This document shows, piece after piece, positions 8,216 through 17,676 of a stretch of 64,000 nt of DNA. Position 1 is the first letter of the stretch. Each line of letters opens with the position of its first letter. The notes below the pieces were generated by a model that was given only the letters and a program-made list of their open reading frames with translations, had not been told where the DNA came from and did no database searches. A program made the translations under genes and the position numbers. The stretch is taken from IMG/VR virus record IMGVR_UViG_3300027771_001853, positions 62,001-126,000 of that record; one strand, written 5' to 3'.

Positions 8216-10141
8216 ATGAGTTTTACTGGATGTAGACCGGGTGAAAATTGTTCGGATTACGGTTATATTTTTAATGATGTATTACCCCCAAATATTGTTG
8301 ATGGGTTAAACGAATTATATGGGTGTGGCATCAACCCTTACTCTTTTATTGATTGCAGTATTTTAACTGGTTGTACTAGTGTGTTAAGTGGTTTAACTGG
8401 CCCTTATATAACTGGTGCTACCTACAACCCTATTAGTGGTTGTCTTACGTTTTTTAGACAAAGTGGTGCCACATTTAGTACATGTGGTTTTTTAACGGGT
8501 GCAACTTCTACAAGTAGTAGTTACTGGTCTGCTGGAACTAGAGGTATTACGTATACCGGAGGGTCTAGTACCTATGTCGGTGTTGGTACTGAGGACCCTA
8601 ATAAAACTTTAACTATTAAGGGTAGTGTGTCCGCTACTACCACATTGGATGTGGATGGAAACACAACCTTATCAACACAATTAAACATTAGTGGTAATAC
8701 AGTTACTTCAGGTAACATATCTTTAACACAAGATAGTTATTTGTATTTTGGGTATGATGTGAATAACCAAACATACATTAGAGAAGATGGGAGTAATTTA
8801 GTGATTGATGCTAACGATGATATACTCTTAAGACCCGATGATGATTTAAAAATAGCTTATGGTAGTACACAATATGCCTCATTTGATGGTTCAAAATCTT
8901 CTTTAGTTATTGGTACTACGGTTGTACCAAACTCTAGATTAACTGTAGATGGTACTCAAAGTGGTTCAGTTAGTTCTATTGCTGAGGCCAATGACCCAAC
9001 GAGTTCCGTAGCACTGGCAAATTTCTTTAATACAAGGTCCGGTACAGTGAGTACCGCTAACCTATTTATAGGTGAGAAAAGAAGTTCTGGGACAGGTGAT
9101 TTCTTTATATACCCACAAGGTACAAACGCAGAAATTTTAATTAATAGTGATTTAGTTCTTGGAGCTTACAAGGCTGGGACCCTATACTCTAGTGAACTTT
9201 TAAGATTAAAAGGTAGTACTGCTAGGGTAGGTATTAAGAATGTTTCACCTGCTTTTGATTTGGATGTTGGTGGTTCCCAAAATGCAACTACAATATATAG
9301 TGCTGGTACCGAATTAAGTTTATTATTTAGAATGAGTAATAGGGGGCATTGGTCAGCTAACACAGCTGGACTAATATACACTGGAGGCACATCAACTACA
9401 GTAGGTATTGGTACTTCGGTACCTAACAAAGAATTAACAGTTATAGGTTCTGTTTCAGCCACGACTGATATGTATGTGGGTAATGATTTAAAGGTTAGTG
9501 GTAATTTAGGTATTGGGGTGACCCCTACTAATGCGTTACACATATCTACAGCTGATAATGTAGTAGCGAAAATTATTAGTACGGACGCTACAGCAACAAT
9601 TGAACTTAGTGATAGTAACACCACCAATGCCGCAGCTTTTAAAAGAGTAACAGATAATTTACAATTCGTTCCAAACGGAGGTAATGTAGGTATAGGTACA
9701 AGTCCAGTAACCAAATTAGATGTACATCACGACCCAACTGATATAAGTGATAATACTGGTGGTGGTGACGTAATTACTTTTGGTATTGAGTCGAACGCAA
9801 ATAGTTTATCTGCTGGAACACTAATGTGGTTACATACTGACGGTTACTGGTATAACACAGATGCTGACAATGTTGCGAGTGGTGCTACTAATTTAATAGC
9901 TATAGCTTTAGGGACCGCAGTAAGTGACGGAATGTTAATTAATGGTTATTACGACTACAGTTCAAATCTCCAGGGGACCTTCGCTAAAGGTATGGCATGT
10001 TATGTGTCAGAGAATGCTGGATTTGTGGATTTTACTGCACCTTCTGGTACTTACGATTATGTAAGAATCTTAGGTTATGGGACAGATAAAGTTAATATAA
10101 TATACTTTAACCCTGATAAGACTTGGGTTGAGTTGTCTTAG
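8216..10141 (+). CDS. fibre protein (tail or head fibre) with VGIGT repeats
   Basis: Repeated VGVGT/VGIGT..P motifs, G/S/T-rich beta composition, internal duplication WSA..G..YTGG.ST.VG.GT..PNK.LT..GSVSATT. Confidence 0.7.
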   Translation: MSFTGCRPGENCSDYGYIFNDVLPPNIVDGLNELYGCGINPYSFIDCSILTGCTSVLSGLTGPYITGATYNPISGCLTFFRQSGATFSTCGFLTGATSTSSSYWSAGTRGITYTGGSSTYVGVGTEDPNKTLTIKGSVSATTTLDVDGNTTLSTQLNISGNTVTSGNISLTQDSYLYFGYDVNNQTYIREDGSNLVIDANDDILLRPDDDLKIAYGSTQYASFDGSKSSLVIGTTVVPNSRLTVDGTQSGSVSSIAEANDPTSSVALANFFNTRSGTVSTANLFIGEKRSSGTGDFFIYPQGTNAEILINSDLVLGAYKAGTLYSSELLRLKGSTARVGIKNVSPAFDLDVGGSQNATTIYSAGTELSLLFRMSNRGHWSANTAGLIYTGGTSTTVGIGTSVPNKELTVIGSVSATTDMYVGNDLKVSGNLGIGVTPTNALHISTADNVVAKIISTDATATIELSDSNTTNAAAFKRVTDNLQFVPNGGNVGIGTSPVTKLDVHHDPTDISDNTGGGDVITFGIESNANSLSAGTLMWLHTDGYWYNTDADNVASGATNLIAIALGTAVSDGMLINGYYDYSSNLQGTFAKGMACYVSENAGFVDFTAPSGTYDYVRILGYGTDKVNIIYFNPDKTWVELS

Positions 10142-10527
10142 TTAAGACCCACATACCCATAACCGGGTATCTCTTGGAATGGTCCGTCAGGTATGTCACT
10201 TTCTTCAATTCTTTGAGGAATAACTTTTAATATGGGTGTACCATCTTCATTAACACCCACAATCTTTACCATATCCTTAGCTATTAATTCTTTAAGTTCA
10301 TACCTAATGTTTTGTTGTATTACGTCTTGTATCACTTCTGCTATCTCTTGTTTTGTTAAGGTTGGGTCCCCGTGAGTTTCATAATTCTTTGTAGCTACCT
10401 CTTCTAAACCCTCGTAAAACATATCCTCATCAGCATATGGGATATTGAACATTTGATTTCTAGCGTTTTCATTGGTCTCAAAAAAATTCCTAATGTTAGT
10501 TATGTATATTTGAATGTCTATTTCCAT
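10138..10527 (-). CDS. hypothetical protein
   Basis: 129 aa ORF; TATATTTG -7 element at 10554-10561 upstream. Confidence 0.7.
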   Translation of the reverse strand: MEIDIQIYITNIRNFFETNENARNQMFNIPYADEDMFYEGLEEVATKNYETHGDPTLTKQEIAEVIQDVIQQNIRYELKELIAKDMVKIVGVNEDGTPILKVIPQRIEESDIPDGPFQEIPGYGYVGLN

Positions 10528-10609
10528 TATTTATAAATATTAATAAGTTCATACAAATATAAAAACTTTTTTCTTTAATGTCATAATATTTATAATTAAA
10601 GATATTAAT

Positions 10610-11506
10610 ATGAGTAACCATAAAATTATACTTACCCCGGAACAAATCAAATACGTCTTAAAAGAAAGTAAAGGCAAGAATAACAATAAGGACGAAAAAC
10701 TATTGACTGAAGTTGATTGGAATTTTGTCGCTGATATAGTTGGTATTGTAGACCCTACAGGTGTTGTGGATTTAGCAAATGGTATATCTTACGCAACTCA
10801 AGGAAGATGGTTATTTGCTTTTTTAAGTTGGGTAGCTATAGTCCCTTACGTGGGTGATGCGGTAGCTAAACCTTTTTCTTTCATGTTAAGGGGTAGTAAA
10901 GGTGCTATTAAAAGTGTTGATGCCGCAATCAAAACTGGTAAAGCTGCTAATGTGTCAGCAGCACTAGGTAAAGCTGGTGTTAAAGAAGGTGCGGAAGCTT
11001 TCGTTAAGGGAGCGACAAAACCTATGGAAGGGATATTAACAAAACTAAAAAAAGTCCCTTTGTTTGGTACGGTTGCAAAAGACGCTGGGAAATGGTGGAA
11101 AATTTTCTCTACAGGGGCTGTTATGAAATCCTCACTTAAAACGACTAAATTAGGTACGGTCACTGGTTTAGGTATAAGAAGAGGATTTGCTAAAGCAGCT
11201 ACTAAACTTACTAGTGGTAATAAAAATGTAGTGTCAGCCTCAATAGCTTTAATGACCCCAAGTGCTTTAAGGACTTTAGGTTTTAGAACTAAAATGTATG
11301 GTAGATTAGCTGGTGTTGGTACCGGTGGTGAAAAGGCTGGTGTAATGGGGGATTTTCTAGAAACCTCTGAAGGTGAACAATGGTGGGATGGTTTAAGTGA
11401 TGACCAACAAAACCATTTAACTAGTCAAGAAACTGTAGAAGAAGGAGGTGAAGGTAAAAGTAATGATGAACTTATGAAGATTTTATCTAAACTAGTTTCA
11501 TCTTAA
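10610..11506 (+). CDS. pre-toxin TG (PT-TG)-like domain protein with N-terminal leader
   Basis: ADIVGIVDPTGVVDLANGISYATQGRWLFAFLSWVAIVPYVGDAVAK resembles pre-toxin TG hairpins; leader MSNHKIILTPEQIKYVLKES...LLTE. Confidence 0.6.
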   Translation: MSNHKIILTPEQIKYVLKESKGKNNNKDEKLLTEVDWNFVADIVGIVDPTGVVDLANGISYATQGRWLFAFLSWVAIVPYVGDAVAKPFSFMLRGSKGAIKSVDAAIKTGKAANVSAALGKAGVKEGAEAFVKGATKPMEGILTKLKKVPLFGTVAKDAGKWWKIFSTGAVMKSSLKTTKLGTVTGLGIRRGFAKAATKLTSGNKNVVSASIALMTPSALRTLGFRTKMYGRLAGVGTGGEKAGVMGDFLETSEGEQWWDGLSDDQQNHLTSQETVEEGGEGKSNDELMKILSKLVSS

Positions 11507-12783
11507 CTTATTAAAAAGTTATTATCTTCTTCACCCCAATCTATAACTTCCTGAGGTACTACCATATTACTATTACCCCTAATATTAATCACTTCTAGGT
11601 TTGGTAGGGTTAGAACCGATAGTGGTAGACTTTTTAAGGATGGGTTATTAGGTACAGATATAAACTCTAGGTTAGTTAGGTCCCCTAAATTTTCAGGTAA
11701 TTCTGACAATGAGTTTTCTATATGTAAAACCTTTAAATTCTTAAAACTTAGTATTTTTTGTGATAGTGGGGACGCCGACTTACTCGTTTTACCACCATCC
11801 ATATCCAATCTAACTAATGTTTTTGGTAGCTTATCTAAGAAATCTTCAAATCCGTATATATTAATATACCTTTGTATTGCACCCTGTCCCTGAGATATTT
11901 CCACAGTATCTTTAAATTCGTCAGTAAGAAACTTAGCAAACTTTTCTTTAAAGAAAGCTTTTAATTCTGGGTATTCAGTAAAAAACTCACTTAAATCTAC
12001 GTTCCTATCTTCTGCATTCATAAATGAATTACTTTCGAAATGGAATTGGTGACTTCTACTTTCGTTAGGACTTTTATTTATATCCTCTTTACGTAAAACC
12101 ATATATAGTGGACCTTGTTTTGCGTAATGGTCATAATAGTTACTACCCTTTGAAGCTGTACACCATCTAGATTGTCCCCCACCATAATGACAGGAGGCTT
12201 CTTTAGTTTTAGGTACCATTATAATCCAATTAGAATCCTCCCATACAACATCCACGTCGTCTCTAACCCTCTCTGCTTTAGTTGTGGTAAGTTCTTCCTT
12301 ACTTACGTTATAGTCTTTTACTTGGTCGTATAACCCCTCAATACTAGGGATTCTATTTATATCTTTTTCACCTTTATACTTACCTGTCTTCTTTAAGTAA
12401 TCGAATTTCATTAAATCCTCTGTTACCTTATATAAATCTTCTATGAATAGACCCTGGGACTGGTCGAGTTCGTCTTTCCAAGATTGGGTACCATATTTGA
12501 ATTCCGCGTCTGCTTTTTGTTGTAATCCCATCCATTGTTTAATTAACCATTGGGTGTATGCACCAACTTTAGTGACATCTCTACTATCCCTATCACCTTC
12601 AAAATCACCCCTAGTAGTGGGGTCGGCTTGCATTAAGTCCGTTAATATATCTAATTCTATTTTAGGTTTTATAACCTTTCCCGAAGCTTTCGTTTTACTT
12701 TTCGCAAATTTATCTACTAAAACTTCGTAACGACTCTGTTCTAGTACTAATTTTTTAAGTATGTCAGTAATACCCATATTCAT
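11503..12783 (-). CDS. SCxYG-WCT (PcfJ-like) core protein with C-terminal leucine-rich repeats
   Basis: ILKKLVLE leader; ADPTT..GAYTQW, EKDINR, SCHYGGGQSRWCTAS, GPLYMV, QFHFES; LRRs LKVLHIENSLSELPENLGDLTNLEFISVPNNPSLKSLP..LPNLEVINIRGN. Confidence 0.8.
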   Translation of the reverse strand: MNMGITDILKKLVLEQSRYEVLVDKFAKSKTKASGKVIKPKIELDILTDLMQADPTTRGDFEGDRDSRDVTKVGAYTQWLIKQWMGLQQKADAEFKYGTQSWKDELDQSQGLFIEDLYKVTEDLMKFDYLKKTGKYKGEKDINRIPSIEGLYDQVKDYNVSKEELTTTKAERVRDDVDVVWEDSNWIIMVPKTKEASCHYGGGQSRWCTASKGSNYYDHYAKQGPLYMVLRKEDINKSPNESRSHQFHFESNSFMNAEDRNVDLSEFFTEYPELKAFFKEKFAKFLTDEFKDTVEISQGQGAIQRYINIYGFEDFLDKLPKTLVRLDMDGGKTSKSASPLSQKILSFKNLKVLHIENSLSELPENLGDLTNLEFISVPNNPSLKSLPLSVLTLPNLEVINIRGNSNMVVPQEVIDWGEEDNNFLIS

Positions 12784-12837
12784 AGTATTGTTTATTAATA
12801 AATATTGTCTAATTGTGAATTTACCTACCTGTGTGAA

Positions 12838-13122
12838 TTAAGATAATTTGTATTTCTTTAAAGTCCTTTTACAAAGCACTCTTTCCTCCCCATTCTGTAA
12901 AACTAACTCGTAAGCTTTCTTGATTGCGTCTAGACAATCTTTGAACCCTTTCTCTATAACTTTTTTACCTTGGTAGATGGAAGCTTCCTTCGTTCCTGGT
13001 ACCATATCAGCCTTTCCTGACTGTAACTTTCTAGTTCTTGGTTGTTCGATTTTTTGACGGATATCGTATTTTCCAATTTTACAAATATAATTCCCTATTG
13101 TTTCTTTTCTCTTTGTCGCCAT
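12838..13122 (-). CDS. basic hypothetical protein
   Basis: 94 aa ORF; TATATTTG element at 13161-13168 upstream. Confidence 0.65.
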   Translation of the reverse strand: MATKRKETIGNYICKIGKYDIRQKIEQPRTRKLQSGKADMVPGTKEASIYQGKKVIEKGFKDCLDAIKKAYELVLQNGEERVLCKRTLKKYKLS

Positions 13123-13180
13123 TTTAATTTTATTTTTTGATTAGACTTCTTTTAATAGTACAAATATAAATATAAATAAG

Positions 13181-13381
13181 TTATTTACCAACTTTCTTCA
13201 GTATTTTTCTTTCCATGTCTATTATAGTTTTTTCTAGATTTAAAATCTGTTTTTCGACAGTAAGTATTTGTTCTCTTTGTTCTCTAGATGCTTTTGCCTC
13301 CATAATTAACCAAGCGAATGCCACGACCTCTATAATAAATAATAATATTAATAGTGTTGTTTGTATCATATTACCTACCAA
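13181..13381 (-). CDS. small membrane protein with coiled-coil tail
   Basis: Hydrophobic N-terminal helix (TLLILLFIIEVVAFAWLI) then heptad repeats; real start may be the ATG of MIQT. Confidence 0.65.
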   Translation of the reverse strand: MVGNMIQTTLLILLFIIEVVAFAWLIMEAKASREQREQILTVEKQILNLEKTIIDMERKILKKVGK

Positions 13382-14546
13382 CTTCGTCCATATAGTTTTC
13401 CTGTGTTTCTTCCCAGGTTAACCCAATAACATCCCAATAGAATAACATTTCTGGTTTGATTCTGTCTTGTTCATGCATACTTTTATACCTTCTAATCGCT
13501 TTTTTCTTCCACCATTTATCCGTATATGGGATATCGTCTTGGAATTTCTTCTTCATATGTAGGTCTTTTTCTTCTATCTCTCCCCTTAAGAACTCACAAC
13601 CATTATCATACATCATTGCAAGATAGACACCTCTCTTGAACCCGTGGTCGTATTTTGAACCCTTTATCCCACAATGTTTAAAAACTTTGTTAAGTATGTT
13701 CTGTTTAGGTCCGGTAGCACTTATAGCTTTCGCGTGTTCTTCTGGGTGATTCTCTTTTAACCATTTATTCCAAGGAAGGTATGCACTATCATCAGGTTTT
13801 AATCTAACTTTACCAGATGTCTCACCCATTGTCTTAAAGTGTGGCATTCCATTATACATTGAGTTAATCCCGTATAGTGCTGTTGTCCCAACAGCAATCA
13901 ACTTATCACCGTATTTTTCTTCCCAAGCGTCTCTGATTGTTTTACAAGTAGTTAGTGCTGCTACTAATTTACCCATCAACATATTATACCCACCTGGTTG
14001 AGTGGAACATATGGTTGTAGCGATAGCTGTATTGTTTAACTTGTGTTGGTCAAACTTATTAGTTTTATCCCAACCTATGTAAGCATCTCTAACTTTAATA
14101 CTTGTAACGTCGGACCCCAAACAAATCAAACCAAGGACTTTATCTGTTTTCCTATCTCTTACCCAGAATTTCATATTACGTCCAGGATTTGCAACCCATT
14201 CCATTGTGTGGATAAGTTTACGATGGTTTACCCATTCGGTTACACCTTTTCCTGGTGTTGCCATTACAACATAAGGTTCTAACTCTTCAATTTGTTTTAT
14301 GGTACGTTCTACATCATCCAAATCTGATGGTACCCATAGATTTGTTCGGTAGTTGTACAATTTATTTTTTATCTTGGCCATCTTACCACCCTTATTCATT
14401 TCTTGCCACTTTTTATAAAGTGTTTGTTTCTCTACAGACATCTCTTTAAGTAAGTCTAGATTATCTATAAGGTTTTGTTTGTTTTCCTCAAAGTTAAAAG
14501 ACTCTTCAGCCTCTATAACATCAAATATTGTTGTTTGTTGTTTCAT
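13371..14546 (-). CDS. DUF4338 / DruA-like protein (possible GNAT/Mom-like fold)
   Basis: NPGRNMKFWVRD..TDKVLGLICLGSD....RDAYIGW, GYNMLMGKLVAAL, TTALYG..SMYNG, GETSG, HGFKRGVY. Confidence 0.7.
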   Translation of the reverse strand: MKQQTTIFDVIEAEESFNFEENKQNLIDNLDLLKEMSVEKQTLYKKWQEMNKGGKMAKIKNKLYNYRTNLWVPSDLDDVERTIKQIEELEPYVVMATPGKGVTEWVNHRKLIHTMEWVANPGRNMKFWVRDRKTDKVLGLICLGSDVTSIKVRDAYIGWDKTNKFDQHKLNNTAIATTICSTQPGGYNMLMGKLVAALTTCKTIRDAWEEKYGDKLIAVGTTALYGINSMYNGMPHFKTMGETSGKVRLKPDDSAYLPWNKWLKENHPEEHAKAISATGPKQNILNKVFKHCGIKGSKYDHGFKRGVYLAMMYDNGCEFLRGEIEEKDLHMKKKFQDDIPYTDKWWKKKAIRRYKSMHEQDRIKPEMLFYWDVIGLTWEETQENYMDEVGR

Positions 14547-14707
14547 TTTCTATATACTGATTTATCTGTTGTAATGTTTGTCATTAAACGTAGTATAGAA
14601 ATTATAGTTAAAATTGATGCCAATATCAATAATCCTCTATCCCAAGACGCCATAGCAATAACCAATAAAAGTACTGGTACTTCTAATATCCTTAAACCTT
14701 TACTCAT
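14543..14707 (-). CDS. small two-TM membrane protein (54 aa)
   Basis: Manual translation MSKGLRILEVPVLLLVIAMASWDRGLLILASILTIISILRLMTNITTDKSVYRK*; ATGA overlap with the next gene. Confidence 0.6.
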   Translation of the reverse strand: MSKGLRILEVPVLLLVIAMASWDRGLLILASILTIISILRLMTNITTDKSVYRK

Positions 14708-14711
14708 ATTT

Positions 14712-14834
14712 TTATATTATTAATGCCCATAATTGTTTTATGGTTGTGTAAAACCCGTATGCGGCAAAACCTGAAAACACTATACCACCTAACCATATTT
14801 GTTTCATTATTTTTGATTCTCTTTCAGGTGTCAT
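14712..14834 (-). CDS. small membrane peptide (40 aa)
   Basis: Manual translation MTPERESKIMKQIWLGGIVFSGFAAYGFYTTIKQLWALII*; fills the gap downstream of dnaJ. Confidence 0.5.
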   Translation of the reverse strand: MTPERESKIMKQIWLGGIVFSGFAAYGFYTTIKQLWALII

Positions 14835-14859
14835 CTCTTCTACCTTTTTTTTACAATTT

Positions 14860-15840
14860 TTACATCCCATGATTTAATAGTTTTTTACGTAAAGACTCAG
14901 CTAATATTTTTTCATCTTCTGTTAGGGGTCTTTCAAACCTAACATTTAACCTTATGACGTAGTCTCCATTACCACCTCTATTACTAAACCCTTTACCCCT
15001 TAATATTAATTCCATACTTGGGTTATGTAGTGGGGGTAATGTAGCATATAAGTCGTTATTTGGGTGGGGTATCCTTAATTTTTTACCAAGTAATAAATCT
15101 AATGGGTTAATTGTAGCTTCATAAACTAAATTATCACCTACTCTACCCAATTCTTCACTAGACAATACGTTTACAAATACCTGTAAATCCCCTGCCACAC
15201 CTCTATAAACCTCATTACCTTTACTAGCTATGGTGTAGTTAGCCCCATTATTAGTTCCTGGTGGTAATTTTATATCAAGAGTCTCATCTTTTAATTCACC
15301 ACCACCAAAACACCCACTAGTACCACAGGACTGACATTCTTGTCTAACTATTTGTCTAAAAAAAGTACTACCTACCATTCTCTCTATAGTCCCTTTCCCA
15401 TCACAATTAGGACATATAGCTCCAGAACAAAGTCTCCTATTGTATCTAATATTTTTATTTATACCAAAAAACGCTTCTTCAAATGTAACCGTGATGTTTA
15501 CTCTTAGTGACGTACCTTTCCTAGTCCTTTGTCTTTGTTGTTGATGATGTTGGTGTTGGTTCCCTGTCTGGTTGAAAAACTCGTTAAATAAATCATCCAT
15601 ACCACCAGCTGGTCCACCACCTCGCATCCCACTAAAAGGGTTGTTTAACTTATTATCATAGACGTTTTTCTTGTCTTTATCACCTAATGTGTTATACGCT
15701 TCTGATATCTCTTTAAATCTGTCAGCACCTTCAGGGTTTTTATCTGGGTGGTACTTTAACGATAATTTCCGATAAGTTTTTTTAATGTCTGTAGGGTTAC
15801 AATCTTTACTTATACCCAATATGTCGTAATAATTTTTCAT
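14860..15840 (-). CDS. dnaJ: DnaJ/Hsp40 co-chaperone with reduced zinc finger
   Basis: NYYDILG, HPDKN J-domain, G/F-rich region, CPNCDGKG and [12 protein letters not shown] and LRGKG C-terminal domain. Confidence 0.92.
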   Translation of the reverse strand: MKNYYDILGISKDCNPTDIKKTYRKLSLKYHPDKNPEGADRFKEISEAYNTLGDKDKKNVYDNKLNNPFSGMRGGGPAGGMDDLFNEFFNQTGNQHQHHQQQRQRTRKGTSLRVNITVTFEEAFFGINKNIRYNRRLCSGAICPNCDGKGTIERMVGSTFFRQIVRQECQSCGTSGCFGGGELKDETLDIKLPPGTNNGANYTIASKGNEVYRGVAGDLQVFVNVLSSEELGRVGDNLVYEATINPLDLLLGKKLRIPHPNNDLYATLPPLHNPSMELILRGKGFSNRGGNGDYVIRLNVRFERPLTEDEKILAESLRKKLLNHGM

Positions 15841-16473
15841 ATGTTTAATAAAAAGTTTTATATAATAGTTTTTAATAATGGTAAAAAGAAAAGAATTCTT
15901 TTCAAGTCCAATATATATAGAACTACTAAGGAAAAGTACAAAATACTAACCAAAAAGAAAACAACAATCTTCCCTATTAATGTCTTAGCGAAAGAAAGAG
16001 CTGATTTGGAGTTGGGTCTACTGACTACCGATGAAAGAAAAACTAGGAAAATATATAGAAAAGATATTCTAGGTAGGAACATAAAACTAGAAATGGGTGA
16101 TGGGGATATGTACTTTATTGACTTAAAAAAACATAGTCAAGAAGAGAAAATATACGACCATCAAAAACAAAAAAGAATAGAGGCGTTAGATTTGATTAAC
16201 GACTACATACCCAAGAAAAAGATTACCCAAGTATTCACACTAAACAATAAGTTAATCGTACAAGTGGACGATTTATTTAAATTATTTAGTTTAAAAAATG
16301 TGGTAGAATCTAAAAGATTGATAGACTGTGTGGAAGAGTACCTTTTGAATGAGGGACATGGTAATTGTTTATTCATTAAAGATTTTTCAACTATACAAAG
16401 AAAACAACTATATAGGGTATTAGAGGATAATGGGTTTGATAGGAAGATGTTATACAAACACTACACCTATTAA
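15841..16473 (+). CDS. basic hypothetical protein
   Basis: 210 aa K-rich ORF filling the space between minus-strand genes; start codon abuts the dnaJ start. Confidence 0.7.
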   Translation: MFNKKFYIIVFNNGKKKRILFKSNIYRTTKEKYKILTKKKTTIFPINVLAKERADLELGLLTTDERKTRKIYRKDILGRNIKLEMGDGDMYFIDLKKHSQEEKIYDHQKQKRIEALDLINDYIPKKKITQVFTLNNKLIVQVDDLFKLFSLKNVVESKRLIDCVEEYLLNEGHGNCLFIKDFSTIQRKQLYRVLEDNGFDRKMLYKHYTY

Positions 16474-16724
16474 CTGGCTTTTACAAAATTAAACTCTACA
16501 CCAGAAATAGTTACTGAAAATATATCATCAACTTTTTGAACCCCATCGTTAGCGATTAGACTCACCTCTCTATGCATATCATTAAAGTGATTCTCATCCA
16601 GTTCTACGGTTAAAGACACATTCTTATAACTTATAGTGATATCACTTATTATTTTTTCCGCTATACCAGCAAAAGGAATTAAATATTCCTTTAAATTAGT
16701 CCCAGAACTTTCTGTATTCTCCAT
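16470..16724 (-). CDS. hypothetical protein
   Basis: 84 aa ORF in a tightly overlapping operon. Confidence 0.65.
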   Translation of the reverse strand: MENTESSGTNLKEYLIPFAGIAEKIISDITISYKNVSLTVELDENHFNDMHREVSLIANDGVQKVDDIFSVTISGVEFNFVKAS

Positions 16725-16897
16725 AATAAGCCTTTTTTTTCCTCTTTAAGTACTTTGACATCACCCACAAACATTTTTGACTTGTCCGCCTTTTTGATAT
16801 TCTTTATAAACAATTTTTTTTGAGTCTCTATCTCTTGGTTACTTTTTTTTATATCACTCTTTAGTTGGAATAATCCCTTCTCTATCTCTGTTTTCAT
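16691..16897 (-). CDS. hypothetical protein
   Basis: 68 aa basic ORF overlapping its neighbours. Confidence 0.6.
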   Translation of the reverse strand: MKTEIEKGLFQLKSDIKKSNQEIETQKKLFIKNIKKADKSKMFVGDVKVLKEEKKGLLWRIQKVLGLI

Positions 16898-17318
16898 CTA
16901 GTATGTCTAATTTTGTTGTTTCAGTAGCAATTGTTGGAACGAATGGATTATTGATTTTCATGTCAAACTCCAACCCTTTTAACGAATCCAACCCATTACC
17001 TTGGAATATCACCTCTAGTTCAGCTATCTTTTGTTCTAACAAGTGTTTTTTCTCCTCTAACTCTATATTCTCCTTAATTAACTTATTGGAGAATTTAAAT
17101 ATAGCTTTAGTATTTTTATCGTTGAATGTGCTAAATAAGGAAATAGAATTACTACTTTCTACTTGTTCATTAACTTTAACTTGCACATCGGCAGGTACCC
17201 CCTTAGTGGGTACTTGCCAATGAGCTGGTATTATAAAATCTAAAATGATAAAATCTTGGTGAAATCTCATACCCGTTAAATGCGGTCTTAATTTAATTAT
17301 TTCTTCGTGTAAACTCAT
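16854..17318 (-). CDS. hypothetical protein with coiled coil
   Basis: 154 aa ORF; ENIELEEKKHLLEQKIAELE. Confidence 0.7.
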   Translation of the reverse strand: MSLHEEIIKLRPHLTGMRFHQDFIILDFIIPAHWQVPTKGVPADVQVKVNEQVESSNSISLFSTFNDKNTKAIFKFSNKLIKENIELEEKKHLLEQKIAELEVIFQGNGLDSLKGLEFDMKINNPFVPTIATETTKLDILDENRDREGIIPTKE

Positions 17319-17320
17319 AA

Positions 17321-17500
17321 TTAGTGTATTAAGTATGTTATTATGTAAGCAATAACAAAGCCCCCAGTTAATTGTTCTTTATAGTTCATGGTGATTCTTT
17401 GTGGTGGATTACTAAAAAATTTAATTAAAATATCTACCACATATCTAATCACATAGACAATAGCGAAACAAAAAATAAAAGTGAAGGGCCAGTTATTCAT
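17321..17500 (-). CDS. small two-TM membrane protein (59 aa)
   Basis: Manual translation MNNWPFTFIFCFAIVYVIRYVVDILIKFFSNPPQRITMNYKEQLTGGFVIAYIITYLIH*. Confidence 0.6.
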   Translation of the reverse strand: MNNWPFTFIFCFAIVYVIRYVVDILIKFFSNPPQRITMNYKEQLTGGFVIAYIITYLIH

Positions 17501-17502
17501 AA

Positions 17503-17676
17503 TTACGATTTATTTTTTTGTAGGATTTCTTTTCTTAATTCCTGTAACATTCCTTTAATGTCTTGTGCTGCTTTTCTTGCACGTACACCAGCACTCTTAT
17601 TTTCGTTTTCGAAAAATTTGGTAGTATCTACACTTAGTAGTTCTACACTTTCTTTAATTTTATTTAATGTATCCAT
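17503..17676 (-). CDS. histone H1-like Hc1 family DNA-binding protein (57 aa)
   Basis: Manual translation MDTLNKIKESVELLSVDTTKFFENENKSAGVRARKAAQDIKGMLQELRKEILQKNKS*; NKxAGxRARK is the Hc1 signature. Confidence 0.8.
   Translation of the reverse strand: MDTLNKIKESVELLSVDTTKFFENENKSAGVRARKAAQDIKGMLQELRKEILQKNKS

Noticed and set aside
13371-14546. Complete Druantia defence system
   Set aside because: No DruE-like helicase or other Dru genes in the window
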